A stretch of DNA of 64,000 bases, from contig CAYITO010000001.1 of NCBI GenBank assembly GCA_964366355.1, positions 2,459 through 66,458 of the forward strand. Reading direction: 5' to 3'. Of this stretch, positions 28,564 to 38,386 are shown piece after piece. Source of the stretch: an uncultured archaeon (GTDB taxonomy: Archaea > Aenigmatarchaeota > Aenigmatarchaeia > CG10238-14 > SCSR01). The number at the start of each line of letters is the position of its first letter. Position 1 is the stretch's first letter. Position numbers and translations under genes: made by a program. The notes beneath the pieces are model-generated. The model saw nothing but the letters and a program-made list of their open reading frames with translations, was not told where the DNA came from and searched no databases.

Positions 28564-29982
28564 TTATTTTAATTTCCTCCACTTTACTCCTTCTTTCATG
28601 TCCTCGATAACTATCCCAAACTCTTCCTTCAACCTATTTCTTATCTTATCCGCCATCTTGTAGTCACCTTTCATTCTAGCCTCCTCCCTTTCAGAAATCA
28701 ACCTCTCAGCCTCTCTCGATAATTTCTCCTCTTTCAGGGCATCCTTCAAATCCAAACCAAGCACTCTATCCAACTCCAAAACTGTTTTAATTACATTCTT
28801 TGCATCAGTCTCGCTAATGGCGTCAGAATTCACCAGCCGGTTTATCCGATTCATAAATTTGAACAATGAAGCCAAAGCATCGTTTATGTTAAGGTTATTA
28901 TCCATAGCGTCATTGAACTCCTTTAAGACCTCAACTATCAGCCTCTTTACGTCTGGATTGTTTTTTTTACCTTTGACATACTTCAAACTCTTCATGAAAT
29001 TGAACAAATTGTCAACAGTCTGCTTGGCTGCATCCAAAGAGCTGAAAGTAAAGTTGAGCTTTTGTTTGAAATTTGCCGACAATAACAAAAACCTGATAAC
29101 CTTTGGATCATACCCTTTGTCCAAAATATCTCTGAGTGTGTAAAAATTCCCCAGAGACTTGCTCATCTTCTGCCCGTCCACAAGCAGATGCTCGCCGTGC
29201 AACCAATAGTCGACAAATTTCTTTCCTGTTGCCGCTTCACTCTGTGCAATCTCATTTTCATGATGCGGGAACATCAAATCAACACCGCCTGTGTGAATGT
29301 CAAATGTCCTTCCCAAATATTTCATGCTCATGGCACTGCATTCTATGTGCCATCCAGGCCTCCCTTTCCCGATTTTTGCATTCCAGAATACGTCACCATC
29401 CTCCTCATCCCAGAATTTCCATAATGCGAAATCTTGCGCTTCCTCCTTGGTATACAAGTCGCTTCTAACTCTCGCGCCAGCCTTCAATCCCTTTAATTTT
29501 ACTTTTGAAAGCTTGCCGTAACTTTTGAATTTAGAAATGTCAAAATAGATTCCGTCAGTAGATTTGTATGCAACTCCCTTCTTGCGTAGAGTTTCTATCA
29601 AGCCTGTCATTTCCTTTATGTGTTCTGTGGCTTTTGGGAAGATATCTGCAGGCAGGATGTTCAGGGATTTCATATCATCAAAAAACGCTTTGGTGTACCT
29701 TTGAGTGAAATCTTTCAATTTGATTCCCTCTTTTCTCGCGCCTTTGATTGTCTTGTCATCGACATCTGTAAGATTCATCACATGCTTTACTTTGAATCCC
29801 CTGTACAGCAGCCATCTTTTAAGCATGTCCTGCCAGACGTAAGTTCTGAAATTCCCGAGATGCGCAAAATCATAGACAGTAGGACCACAGGTATACAACC
29901 CGACTTTTCTATCCTTCAAGGGTTTGAAGACTTCTTTTTTTCTATCCAATGTGTTGAAAATTTTTAGTGTAATATTAACCAT
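28564..29982 (-). CDS. cysS: Cysteine--tRNA ligase
   Basis: CGPTVYD, HLGN, PGWHIECSAM, FPHHENE, KMSKS. Confidence 0.98.
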   Translation of the reverse strand: MVNITLKIFNTLDRKKEVFKPLKDRKVGLYTCGPTVYDFAHLGNFRTYVWQDMLKRWLLYRGFKVKHVMNLTDVDDKTIKGARKEGIKLKDFTQRYTKAFFDDMKSLNILPADIFPKATEHIKEMTGLIETLRKKGVAYKSTDGIYFDISKFKSYGKLSKVKLKGLKAGARVRSDLYTKEEAQDFALWKFWDEEDGDVFWNAKIGKGRPGWHIECSAMSMKYLGRTFDIHTGGVDLMFPHHENEIAQSEAATGKKFVDYWLHGEHLLVDGQKMSKSLGNFYTLRDILDKGYDPKVIRFLLLSANFKQKLNFTFSSLDAAKQTVDNLFNFMKSLKYVKGKKNNPDVKRLIVEVLKEFNDAMDNNLNINDALASLFKFMNRINRLVNSDAISETDAKNVIKTVLELDRVLGLDLKDALKEEKLSREAERLISEREEARMKGDYKMADKIRNRLKEEFGIVIEDMKEGVKWRKLK

Positions 29983-30011
29983 AAATAATTTCTAATCGAA
30001 AACTAATAACT

Positions 30012-31670
30012 TTATAGCAAAAATGCAACAGACAACCCAGCAAATACGATCAAAAATGAAATGACAATTCCAAGCGCTCTTGCGTAACTTCTTATTTCCT
30101 TGCCTTCGACGTATATCTTGTTAAGCTCTATCCAATGCGATAAACCCCTTAAGAACCACCCGTCTACAGTACAGCTCTTTCCGATCAACTTGTTTGTTTT
30201 TGTAAGTGCGAAAATCAAATTCCCAAAAAGCGGTATGAAATTTTCATAATTCAAATATATTATGCCGGTTTTATCTTCGAACATCATGTCTTCTGAAAAT
30301 ATGTAACCTGGTACCCCCTTCCCAACAATCTTACCTCTAAACTTAATCGGTCTGCCTTTTATACTAGAAGTGTATATGTCATCCATTATGTCGGCTATGT
30401 CAGTATCTTCGAATTTATTCCGTGTCGAATAAGTATAAAGAGTTCTTAATAAAGTCCCTGCGCCGAAAGATGCTAACAATGATCCAATAAAGAACGGTAA
30501 TTGTTCCGTATAACCGCTTAAAGTATTGGGGGTAAAGAAGTTTGATACAAGCAAGCCACCAACTGCTAAAGGTATGGTCACAGGGAGAAGATGGAAAAAT
30601 ACATCTATGAAGAAGTTTCTATACAATTTCCTTTTATCGACTTGATATTTCGTTAAGAGATTGTTAAAATCGAATAATGGTTTCACTCCAATTTTTACAG
30701 CAAAGTTCGACAATCTTCTTATTCTTTTTCCAGTCAAAGGATGCGTTGAGCTCAATTCCGAAATCCAGCCCCATGGGTTATGCATATCAAAAAGTATAGC
30801 CCCTTCTACAGGAGCCCAGCTTTTCATTTTTACCGAATTCAGATAAACAAGACCCATAGTCTTTGCCATCTTGAAATCGAATATACCTAAACTTCTGGTC
30901 GACTTGAGGAACCTAATTTCCTTTTCACTTCTTTCAGGATTTTTTATTATACCATAGGATATTTTTATAAGTGCATTTGATAACAGATTGGGATTTTTTG
31001 TAACTTCTGCTGAAAATTCATCTGCATAATATTCTCTTGTCCTATTCAGCAACAAAACTATGTATGTGCCTATAATGTAGAAAATATACGAAATTGCTGC
31101 AACTGCGAGAAATATAGCTCCACCACCTTTTCTCCTACCACCACCTCTTGTTATTACATATACCTCAAATAATAGTTGAACTATGACAGAAGCCATTGTC
31201 ATTATGATAAAATCAAGATGAACTATATGACCTATCTCATGGGCAAGTACAGATTTGATTTCGTCTGATTTCAAGTAAGTAAATAATCCCTCAGTAAAGA
31301 CTATTCTTGAATTGAAAGGCGCACTACCATAAGCAAATGCTGTTGGATTATCGTCTTTAATTATTCCTATCTTCGGGACTTTTATTTTCTTAGAGTTACA
31401 AACACTTTCTACAAAAGAAGCTATGTTAGGATCTCTCTTTTTCAAACCTTCTATACCAATCCATTCCACATGATAAAAAAACCTATAGATCCAGTCTGCT
31501 ATGTATGGTGAAAGTAGCCATATGAAAAAATTTACTGCTAGAGTTAAGATAATTAAGAAATACCATTCGAAGAAGCCCAAAAGGTAGGCTGTTGTGGCAA
31601 GAACTGTGAAAAGCATGCCAAATAAAAGGCTAAGTATAAGTACAGAAGCTAAAATCAAATTAATGTTCAA
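30012..31670 (-). CDS. Long M48 (HtpX-like) zinc metalloprotease
   Basis: PTAFAYG, HEIGH, RTREYYAD, STHP; extra C-terminal TM and OB-like region. Confidence 0.88.
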   Translation of the reverse strand: MNINLILASVLILSLLFGMLFTVLATTAYLLGFFEWYFLIILTLAVNFFIWLLSPYIADWIYRFFYHVEWIGIEGLKKRDPNIASFVESVCNSKKIKVPKIGIIKDDNPTAFAYGSAPFNSRIVFTEGLFTYLKSDEIKSVLAHEIGHIVHLDFIIMTMASVIVQLLFEVYVITRGGGRRKGGGAIFLAVAAISYIFYIIGTYIVLLLNRTREYYADEFSAEVTKNPNLLSNALIKISYGIIKNPERSEKEIRFLKSTRSLGIFDFKMAKTMGLVYLNSVKMKSWAPVEGAILFDMHNPWGWISELSSTHPLTGKRIRRLSNFAVKIGVKPLFDFNNLLTKYQVDKRKLYRNFFIDVFFHLLPVTIPLAVGGLLVSNFFTPNTLSGYTEQLPFFIGSLLASFGAGTLLRTLYTYSTRNKFEDTDIADIMDDIYTSSIKGRPIKFRGKIVGKGVPGYIFSEDMMFEDKTGIIYLNYENFIPLFGNLIFALTKTNKLIGKSCTVDGWFLRGLSHWIELNKIYVEGKEIRSYARALGIVISFLIVFAGLSVAFLL

Positions 31671-31732
31671 TTAATTCACTTAAATATGATATTATTTTAA
31701 ACCTAATTAATATTCTCTTAAAAGAGCTTAAA

Positions 31733-32839
31733 TTAGCAGCACCATTTTCTTATCAAATCTGTATAAAGTTTAGTGGTTTTTTTGATACTTGAAATTTTTA
31801 CAAACTCGTCATTGACGTGCGCCTGACCCTTTTCTATAGGACCGCATGCAACGCATTCCATACTCAACTCCCTTATGTACAATTCCATTTCCGTATATCC
31901 TGATTTTGAACCCACTTTTAGTTTACCATCGATACTCTTCAAAACTTCAACTAGCTTGGAATCTTTAGCTGTTTTAACAGCAAGTCTTGGTTCATTCAAA
32001 AATTTAACTTCTGCACTTATGCTCTGTTTTCTTAACAAATTTTTGAACTGATTCAATGCAGAATTAGGAGTTTCACCCCACGTAAGCCTTCTATCAACCT
32101 CAACCTCACATTTGTCTGCAACTATGTTCACCTTCGTCCCACCAGAAATCTTACCGACATTTATCGTTCCATACCCAAGCGTGACATCTTTGTGTTTTTT
32201 CAAATTACTTTGAATTGCTTCCAAGCTACTTACAAATTTCGTAGCTTTCGTAATTGCATTAACTCCTTTTTCTGGTTCAGAGCCATGCGCAGCCTTGCCA
32301 TGAAAGACAAATTTAACATGCAATATTCCCTTTTGTCCAACAGCAATATCATAATCACTGTCTGCAATCAAACCATATTTGACATCTTTGAAAATTTTCC
32401 CCCTATTTTTAATCAGGTATTTGCTACCACCTTGGGCTACTTCCTCATCCCCGACCAACGCGATTAATAACTTTCTTTTGAAATTTCGTTTCACATTATT
32501 CTTCAAAGCTGTTAAGATAGCTGCAACACCACTTTTACTATCGCTCGCACCTCTACCATAAATTTTATCCCCAACAATCTTCGCAGAAAATGGATCGTAT
32601 TTCCATGCTTTCAAATCACCCACAGGAACAGTATCGATATGCGTATTAAACATCAACCCATTACCCTTACCTACCGATGCAACTACACTATATCTATTAC
32701 TTCCAAATTCAACCAATCTTGTGTCAATTCTCAAACCATCCAAATAATCAAAAATATATTTTGCTACCTGCTTTTCGTTTCCTGGTGGATTTTGTGAATC
32801 TATCCTAACCAATTCTTGTGTCAATTGTACTTCTTCCAA
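31733..32839 (-). CDS. M20 family metallo-amidohydrolase (ArgE/DapE-like)
   Basis: NTHIDTVP, GRGASDSKSG, DEE, GKAAHGS, AHVNDE. Confidence 0.92.
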   Translation of the reverse strand: MEEVQLTQELVRIDSQNPPGNEKQVAKYIFDYLDGLRIDTRLVEFGSNRYSVVASVGKGNGLMFNTHIDTVPVGDLKAWKYDPFSAKIVGDKIYGRGASDSKSGVAAILTALKNNVKRNFKRKLLIALVGDEEVAQGGSKYLIKNRGKIFKDVKYGLIADSDYDIAVGQKGILHVKFVFHGKAAHGSEPEKGVNAITKATKFVSSLEAIQSNLKKHKDVTLGYGTINVGKISGGTKVNIVADKCEVEVDRRLTWGETPNSALNQFKNLLRKQSISAEVKFLNEPRLAVKTAKDSKLVEVLKSIDGKLKVGSKSGYTEMELYIRELSMECVACGPIEKGQAHVNDEFVKISSIKKTTKLYTDLIRKWCC

Positions 32840-32855
32840 TGAAACACCTTAAAAA

Positions 32856-33089
32856 TTATTCTAGAGATTTTAAGAATTCCTCTTTACTGATTCTTGCTTG
32901 TTCTAAAATTCCCAATAGAGTGCCTAGCGTCACTTCTTTATGCAGAGGGATAACGGTTGCTATTTTCTCCCTTCCAATAAACTTCCTTAGGACAACATGA
33001 CTTCCTGTCTGTCTGGCAGCTTTGAAGCCGAATTCCTTCACCAAAATTTTTATTATTTTAATGCCAGAAAGCCTAGGCAATTTCGACAC
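32856..33089 (-). CDS. hicA: HicA family toxin
   Basis: LPRLSG, GF...RQTGSHV, VIPLH, GTL..IL..A. Confidence 0.9.
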   Translation of the reverse strand: MSKLPRLSGIKIIKILVKEFGFKAARQTGSHVVLRKFIGREKIATVIPLHKEVTLGTLLGILEQARISKEEFLKSLE

Positions 33090-33282
33090 TAACCGCACCA
33101 ATTGTTTCCATACTTTTAAGCTCTTTTTTCATTTCCGGCATTTCTTCTAGATAGAGCTCTACTGCTTCTTTTATGTTATTTATTGCATCTTCAATAGTTT
33201 TGCCTTGAGTGGTAACACCAGTAACCGCTTCCTTGATTACATACATATCATCTTCTCTCCACACGACAGTTTGCAACTTCAT
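33073..33282 (-). CDS. hicB: HicB family antitoxin (short form)
   Basis: GVTTQGKTIEDAINNIKEAVELYLE; overlaps hicA. Confidence 0.9.
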   Translation of the reverse strand: MKLQTVVWREDDMYVIKEAVTGVTTQGKTIEDAINNIKEAVELYLEEMPEMKKELKSMETIGAVSVEIA

Positions 33283-33337
33283 ATTATCACTATCTATAGT
33301 TTCTTTTATAAGGCTATCTAAGTATTAATCTTTGCAG

Positions 33338-33826
33338 TTATAATTTTGGAATCCATCTTGGCACTTTCTTCTTATATTCTAAATATCGTTTCCCAAATCT
33401 TTTCTCCAAATTCCTTTCTTCCGACCTAACTACTGCAAAATGCACGGCTAGCATGAAGATTGGGATGATTATGAACATCGTTGATAAGTTTATGAAAACT
33501 GCAAATCCACTCATCATCAATAACCAGGAAAGATATATAGGATTTCTCGTGTACCGAAACGGACCTGTTGTGAGCAAGACTTTTGGCGGTTTCCATGGCA
33601 TGGGTGTGCCTTTGGCATCTAGAAATGATTTTACTGAATAAACATCTAGAAAAATTCCAACTAGAACTATAAAGAGCCCACCGAGATTTGTCGGATAGCT
33701 AAAAATTCCTGGCAAAGGCAGGTAGGCAACCAAAGAGACAGCAAGATAGTAGGGCAAGAGGAAAATTAGAAATAATATAAAAGTTGGGCGCAAAAGGAAC
33801 AGTTCGATGCTTGTAGGTATTTTCAT
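33338..33826 (-). CDS. ICMT/PEMT family membrane methyltransferase
   Basis: GTPMP, LLTTGPFRYTRNPIY, EERNL..RFG..Y.EY...VPRW. Confidence 0.88.
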   Translation of the reverse strand: MKIPTSIELFLLRPTFILFLIFLLPYYLAVSLVAYLPLPGIFSYPTNLGGLFIVLVGIFLDVYSVKSFLDAKGTPMPWKPPKVLLTTGPFRYTRNPIYLSWLLMMSGFAVFINLSTMFIIIPIFMLAVHFAVVRSEERNLEKRFGKRYLEYKKKVPRWIPKL

Positions 33827-33858
33827 TCGATCACAAGTTAAGAGCTCTAATGTAATTA

Positions 33859-34137
33859 TTACAATCTAAAAATCTTCTCTATTATATTCTTACTACCCTT
33901 GTACTTTTGATAGAATTTCAATGCTGCCTCATACAATTTATAATTCCCATAAGGAAGCAGTTCCCATGCAAAGGACTCAAATTTCTTCTCCCAAAGCAGC
34001 TTGAAAATCAGGTAATCCTTTTTTATTTCACCGAATTTCCTTGCTTCATCTATATTCTCAAACATTTTAGAAAATATCCTCTTAGCATTCTTTGTTATCC
34101 ACACTACTTTTATAGTTCCTTTTTCTATAGCAGCCAT
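33859..34137 (-). CDS. Hypothetical protein
   Basis: 92-aa basic ORF immediately 3' of tRNA-Cys. Confidence 0.55.
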   Translation of the reverse strand: MAAIEKGTIKVVWITKNAKRIFSKMFENIDEARKFGEIKKDYLIFKLLWEKKFESFAWELLPYGNYKLYEAALKFYQKYKGSKNIIEKIFRL

Positions 34138-34152
34138 TCTATCACAAATCAG

Positions 34153-34223
34153 AGCTCGGGAGGGGAATCGAACCCCCTTGCGCCGCTCTGCAGGCGGCTA
34201 CATATCCAATCTGCCACCCGAGC
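34153..34223 (-). tRNA. tRNA-Cys(GCA)
   Basis: Acceptor stem GCTCGGG/CCCGAGC plus U73, anticodon arm GCCGC-CTGCAGA-GCGGC, T-loop TTCGATT; no intron and no encoded CCA. Confidence 0.95.
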
Positions 34224-34253
34224 ATAATTAACTATTGTCTTTAGAATGCCTTT

Positions 34254-35645
34254 TTATTTAACTTTTGTTACTAATCCAGCAGTCGCATCAATCTCTATCC
34301 TATCCCCATCTTTTAGAACCTTCGTGGCATTCTTAGTGCCCACTATGCATGGTATTCTCAACTCCCTAGAAACGATTGCAGCATGGCTGGTAATCCCCCC
34401 TTCATCGGTGACAATCGCAGCCGCCTTGTGCATTGCTATCACATAATCGGGATGAGTCATGACAGCCACAATGATATCACCCTTGTTTACCTTTGCCAAG
34501 TCTGAAACACCTCTGACAATCTTTACGATGCCTGACGCTTTACCGCGGGATGCGGAAATCCCCTTTATTTCTTCCGAAAGTTCATCAACTGACGTCAAAC
34601 CCAATTCTTCTAAAGTCTCTTGCAGCCCATTGCCACTTTTGCAAACAAGCTTCTTCTCTGCGTTAAAGTAAATGGCAAATCCTCTTTCCCTTTCTTCTAC
34701 GACACTTTTAGAAACACCCTTTCCACTATCCAGAAAATCTACAATTTCATCCTCCATCATGTAAGAAACGTCCTCCATTTTTACCGACATTCTCCTGGCA
34801 ATCTCCTCAAACAACTTTTGGCCATAGAATATACCCTGTCTTCTGAAATCGTCCTTCAAATCTTTCAGATAGGATAGTCGCTTTGCGATGTCAAGTATTT
34901 TCATCTCTTCATCTGAAGGTCTGATGCTTTCAATCAAATCACCATAAGATGTCGATGCAACATTTTCGGTTTTCTTGAACTCGCTTATGTGCGAGAAAAA
35001 TTTCTGCTTTGTCCACGGCATGTTGTGTATGTCCAAACAAGGCAGCCATTGGAATTTCTCGTATACCGCAGTTTTTTCATCCTCATTCATCCTTTCCCAT
35101 TTAGAAGCTAGGTCATTCAGTTGAACTGATGCAGCCTTCTTATCGGGTCTTAAAGCTATTTCGATGAGATCATGCAATTTCTCATTGTCTTCCCCGATTT
35201 TGTTTTCGATTATCTCCTTAGCTTTGTCTGAAAAGAAATTGTTTATGATAAACTGTATCCAGATGAACGGGCCGTATCTAATATTTTTGCTACTGTAGCC
35301 TAGATACATTTCTTTTAATTCTCTGTTGGTTTTATCCTTGAGGTTAGATTTTGCTATCTTCTCGGCTGTCAGCAGGTAGTCATTTCCAGTTTGGATGAAC
35401 ATTTTTTCGAATCCCTCATAGTTTTCGGGATTATCTAGGTACTTCTCTTTTAATCTGACAACAAATTCATTCCACTTCTCTTCATCTATGTAGCAAACCT
35501 CATTCCCGTGTTCCGGCACATAAATTTGCTCGTAAAAGGGGGCTGGGACAATGAAGCTGTTGATTGGAGTCAGGCACTTCAACGATAATTCTGTATATTG
35601 CACACCATATTCCCTTGCCAGTATTTTCTTCCAAGGCATTTTCAT
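34254..35645 (-). CDS. PEP-utilising enzyme mobile (His) domain protein
   Basis: C-terminal GDIIVAVMTHPDY, TDEGGITSHAAIVSRE, IPCIVGT; no PPDK ATP-grasp domain. Confidence 0.85.
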   Translation of the reverse strand: MKMPWKKILAREYGVQYTELSLKCLTPINSFIVPAPFYEQIYVPEHGNEVCYIDEEKWNEFVVRLKEKYLDNPENYEGFEKMFIQTGNDYLLTAEKIAKSNLKDKTNRELKEMYLGYSSKNIRYGPFIWIQFIINNFFSDKAKEIIENKIGEDNEKLHDLIEIALRPDKKAASVQLNDLASKWERMNEDEKTAVYEKFQWLPCLDIHNMPWTKQKFFSHISEFKKTENVASTSYGDLIESIRPSDEEMKILDIAKRLSYLKDLKDDFRRQGIFYGQKLFEEIARRMSVKMEDVSYMMEDEIVDFLDSGKGVSKSVVEERERGFAIYFNAEKKLVCKSGNGLQETLEELGLTSVDELSEEIKGISASRGKASGIVKIVRGVSDLAKVNKGDIIVAVMTHPDYVIAMHKAAAIVTDEGGITSHAAIVSRELRIPCIVGTKNATKVLKDGDRIEIDATAGLVTKVK

Positions 35646-36208
35646 TCCCTAAAGACATCGTCTTGTTTTAATCCAAGCTCTTTCCTTACAGACTTGATTC
35701 GCTTCACATATTCGTCGTAAATTTCCTTTGGCTTGTGCAAGATGTAAAACCCTTTTGCATTTTCGTATAGGGAGCAGTCAAAAACATCCGCATCCTTCAC
35801 TAACTCGACATAAGGCTTGTCGGTATAGATTTGTTTCTCGCTGTGGTGGGCTATAGATTCGGTAATGGTATTTATTTCTTCTTTGCTGAAGTCCCGAGAA
35901 TCTTCAAGGATTTTTCCAGTGATTTCGGCGCCTCTTTTCCCATGACCCTCGTACTTCCCCTCAACAATGACATAAATATCGTGCAGCAAACAAGCAATCT
36001 CTGCAATTTCAACATCCAAATTCCTTTTTTGGGCGAGTATCCTGCCTATTTGCAAGCAGCCAGAGGAATGCTTTAATTCCCAGACTATGGAGCTTTCGCG
36101 CTTTTCGTCAGGGATTTTGCTTTTGAGAAGCAATTCCACTACTTTTCTCTGTAATTTTTCAGACCTAGTCAGTTCATTTCCCTTGAAGTGGTGGAAGTCC
36201 TTTGTCAT
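35642..36208 (-). CDS. HD-domain phosphohydrolase
   Basis: LKHS, CLLHDI, HGKRGA, IAHHS, VKDADVFD. Confidence 0.85.
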   Translation of the reverse strand: MTKDFHHFKGNELTRSEKLQRKVVELLLKSKIPDEKRESSIVWELKHSSGCLQIGRILAQKRNLDVEIAEIACLLHDIYVIVEGKYEGHGKRGAEITGKILEDSRDFSKEEINTITESIAHHSEKQIYTDKPYVELVKDADVFDCSLYENAKGFYILHKPKEIYDEYVKRIKSVRKELGLKQDDVFRE

Positions 36209-36229
36209 ACAAAATAACAGTTAAGAAAA

Positions 36230-36499
36230 CTATTTCTTCTTTGCTTCTTTCTTCAATCTCAACAGTTTTATCTTGAATCCGCATTTGTTGCATGTCAAGT
36301 TAAACTTCTGGTTGGCGCCAGTTCCAGTTACGAAGGGCTCGCCCCACCCCTCTTTTCTCTTTTCGCTATTATTACATTCGGGGCATGTTAAATCAACATT
36401 AGCTTCGCTTTCCTCTTTTAGTTTCAAAATTCTAATCTTGCCATTAGCCTTTCCAGAAGAATTTTCCAATCCTCTGGTCGTGATATACTCCAAAGCCAT
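36230..36499 (-). CDS. Zn-ribbon hypothetical protein
   Basis: CPEC...CNKC. Confidence 0.65.
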   Translation of the reverse strand: MALEYITTRGLENSSGKANGKIRILKLKEESEANVDLTCPECNNSEKRKEGWGEPFVTGTGANQKFNLTCNKCGFKIKLLRLKKEAKKK

Positions 36500-36503
36500 G
36501 TCA

Positions 36504-36674
36504 TCACAACGGTCTTTTCTTAGGTCTTAATGCCCTGCTGCCGCATTTCCTGCATTTGACTTTGGCTTCCTTAACCTTGGCAGAGTCAGCCCTTATCTTG
36601 CTCTTGCATACCCTGCAAACATAAACCCTGAGGAACAATCTTGCCAGCGCTTCAGGGAAAGTTTTCTTAACCAT
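36504..36674 (-). CDS. rpl40e: 50S ribosomal protein L40e (not in the ORF track)
   Basis: Manual translation MVKKTFPEALARLFLRVYVCRVCKSKIRA...KCRKCGSRALRPKKRPL. Confidence 0.92.
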   Translation of the reverse strand: MVKKTFPEALARLFLRVYVCRVCKSKIRADSAKVKEAKVKCRKCGSRALRPKKRPL

Positions 36675-36794
36675 AACAAGAATTATCGATTATACCTTTT
36701 AAGTCTTTCAACGGCACAACTTCAATACAACATATTTATACTTGGTTTAATCTAAATACTAAACGAAAGCATAGTTTAGAAAAGGTAAGGTCAT

Positions 36795-36905
36795 ATGCCT
36801 GTACTATGTAAAAGATGCGGAGCAAATGTTCCCGCTCAAGAGCTAATAAGACATCTATGGATATACCATCGAGATCAATTCATGATTGTTGATGAGCCTG
36901 TTTAA
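36795..36905 (+). CDS. C2H2-type zinc-finger microprotein (36 aa, not in the ORF track)
   Basis: MPVLCKRCGANVPAQELIRHLWIYHRDQFMIVDEPV; AAGGT RBS. Confidence 0.5.
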   Translation: MPVLCKRCGANVPAQELIRHLWIYHRDQFMIVDEPV

Positions 36906-36950
36906 CTAGACAAACTTTAAATATTAATTTGCATATTTCTTTTCGGTATA

Positions 36951-37529
36951 ATGCTTAAACCAGAGATAAGAATACTAGGTTTTGATGACGGCCCTTTTGA
37001 TTCTAAAACAAAAACCACTCCTGTAGTTGGCGTTGTATATAGGGGAGGCAGGTTCTTGGACGGGATACTTAAAACAGACGTGGAGGTTGACGGACTGGAT
37101 TCTACGCAGAAACTGGAAAAGCTTATTAATTCCAGCAGGCATAAACAACAGTTAAAAGTAATCATGCTAGACGGCATTACGGTAGGCGGTTTTAACATAA
37201 TAGACATAAAACAGCTGCATGAGAACACAAACATCCCTGTGATAGTTTTCAACAGGAAATATCCGGACCTGAATTCTGTAAAAAATGCCTTGGACAATTT
37301 CGTCGATTCTGATTTGAGATGGAACCTGATTAAAAATGCTGGGAAAATAAAGGAATGCAAGCTTGGTGCCGACAAGACAATCTATTACCAGGCGATCGGA
37401 ATGGCGGACGAGGATGTTGAAGATACGCTGCTCTTGAGCTCTACGCACGGAGACATACCAGAACCCCTAAGGGTAGCTCATTTGATAGCGACAGCAATAG
37501 TAAGGGGAGAATCTTATGGACGCGCGTGA
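36951..37529 (+). CDS. DUF99/UPF0215 (endonuclease V-like) protein
   Basis: RILGFDDGPF, VDGLDST, MLDGITVGGFN, PEPLRVAHLIA. Confidence 0.9.
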   Translation: MLKPEIRILGFDDGPFDSKTKTTPVVGVVYRGGRFLDGILKTDVEVDGLDSTQKLEKLINSSRHKQQLKVIMLDGITVGGFNIIDIKQLHENTNIPVIVFNRKYPDLNSVKNALDNFVDSDLRWNLIKNAGKIKECKLGADKTIYYQAIGMADEDVEDTLLLSSTHGDIPEPLRVAHLIATAIVRGESYGRA

Positions 37530-38049
37530 AACCTGGAAAAGGCTAAATGAAGGATGGATAGGAATTTTCTTCTCGATATTCTTGGGGGTAATCTTTGCGG
37601 CATTTTTCTATTATGTGGTTTTGGCATCTGTTTTGAATACAAGCTTGCCGGTGGTTGCAGTGGTTTCATCCTCGATGCAGCATGACAATGCCGAATTGAC
37701 GCATTACAGCGTGTTGCAGAGAGCCTACAGTTATTCAAGAGCTGAGATTGATTCATGGCCAGCGGCAGGCGGATTCGCTATAGGTGATATGCCTGTTGTT
37801 CAGGGTTCGGATAGCTACAAGATAGGCGATGTGATAGTGTATAGTGTAGAGAGCCAGCCAGCGCCGATAATCCACAGGATAATAAAAGTCAACGACGACG
37901 GGACCTTCCAGACAAAGGGGGACAACAACCTCAGCCAGTTGCCGTACGAATCCTCGGTCAGCAAGAGCCAAATAAGCGGCAAAGTAATCTTTATAATTCC
38001 CAAACTCGGATATGTAAAGGTATTAGCTTCCAAAATCTTCGGTATTTGA
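37516..38049 (+). CDS. Signal peptidase I (Sec11 type)
   Basis: VVSSSM, GD, PIIHRI, TKGDNN, IPKLGY. Confidence 0.9.
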   Translation: MDARETWKRLNEGWIGIFFSIFLGVIFAAFFYYVVLASVLNTSLPVVAVVSSSMQHDNAELTHYSVLQRAYSYSRAEIDSWPAAGGFAIGDMPVVQGSDSYKIGDVIVYSVESQPAPIIHRIIKVNDDGTFQTKGDNNLSQLPYESSVSKSQISGKVIFIIPKLGYVKVLASKIFGI

Positions 38050-38050
38050 T

Positions 38051-38383
38051 ATGATTAAGTTCTGCGCAAAATGCGGCAATCTTCTGGTAATTGAGAGGAA
38101 AGGCAAGAGGACATTTTTGATCTGCAAGAAAGGGCACAAGCAGACAAAATTAAAGCGCGAAAAAATTGTGATATCGGAGCATATTGCAGACCAGAAGAGG
38201 GGAATAGTTGTCATGGGCAAGGACGAGGGTATAGCAGAATTGCCGACGACAAAGATAATGTGTCCTAAGTGCGAGCACATGGAAGCTCATTGGTGGATGC
38301 AGCAGACAAGAACTGCTGATGAGCCGCCGACATTGTTCTACAGATGCAAGAAATGCGGTTACAGCTGGAGAAGTTACGGTTAA
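38051..38383 (+). CDS. tfs: Transcription factor S
   Basis: KFCAKCGN, CPKC, QTRTADEP, FYRCKKCG. Confidence 0.95.
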   Translation: MIKFCAKCGNLLVIERKGKRTFLICKKGHKQTKLKREKIVISEHIADQKRGIVVMGKDEGIAELPTTKIMCPKCEHMEAHWWMQQTRTADEPPTLFYRCKKCGYSWRSYG

Positions 38384-38386
38384 ATT

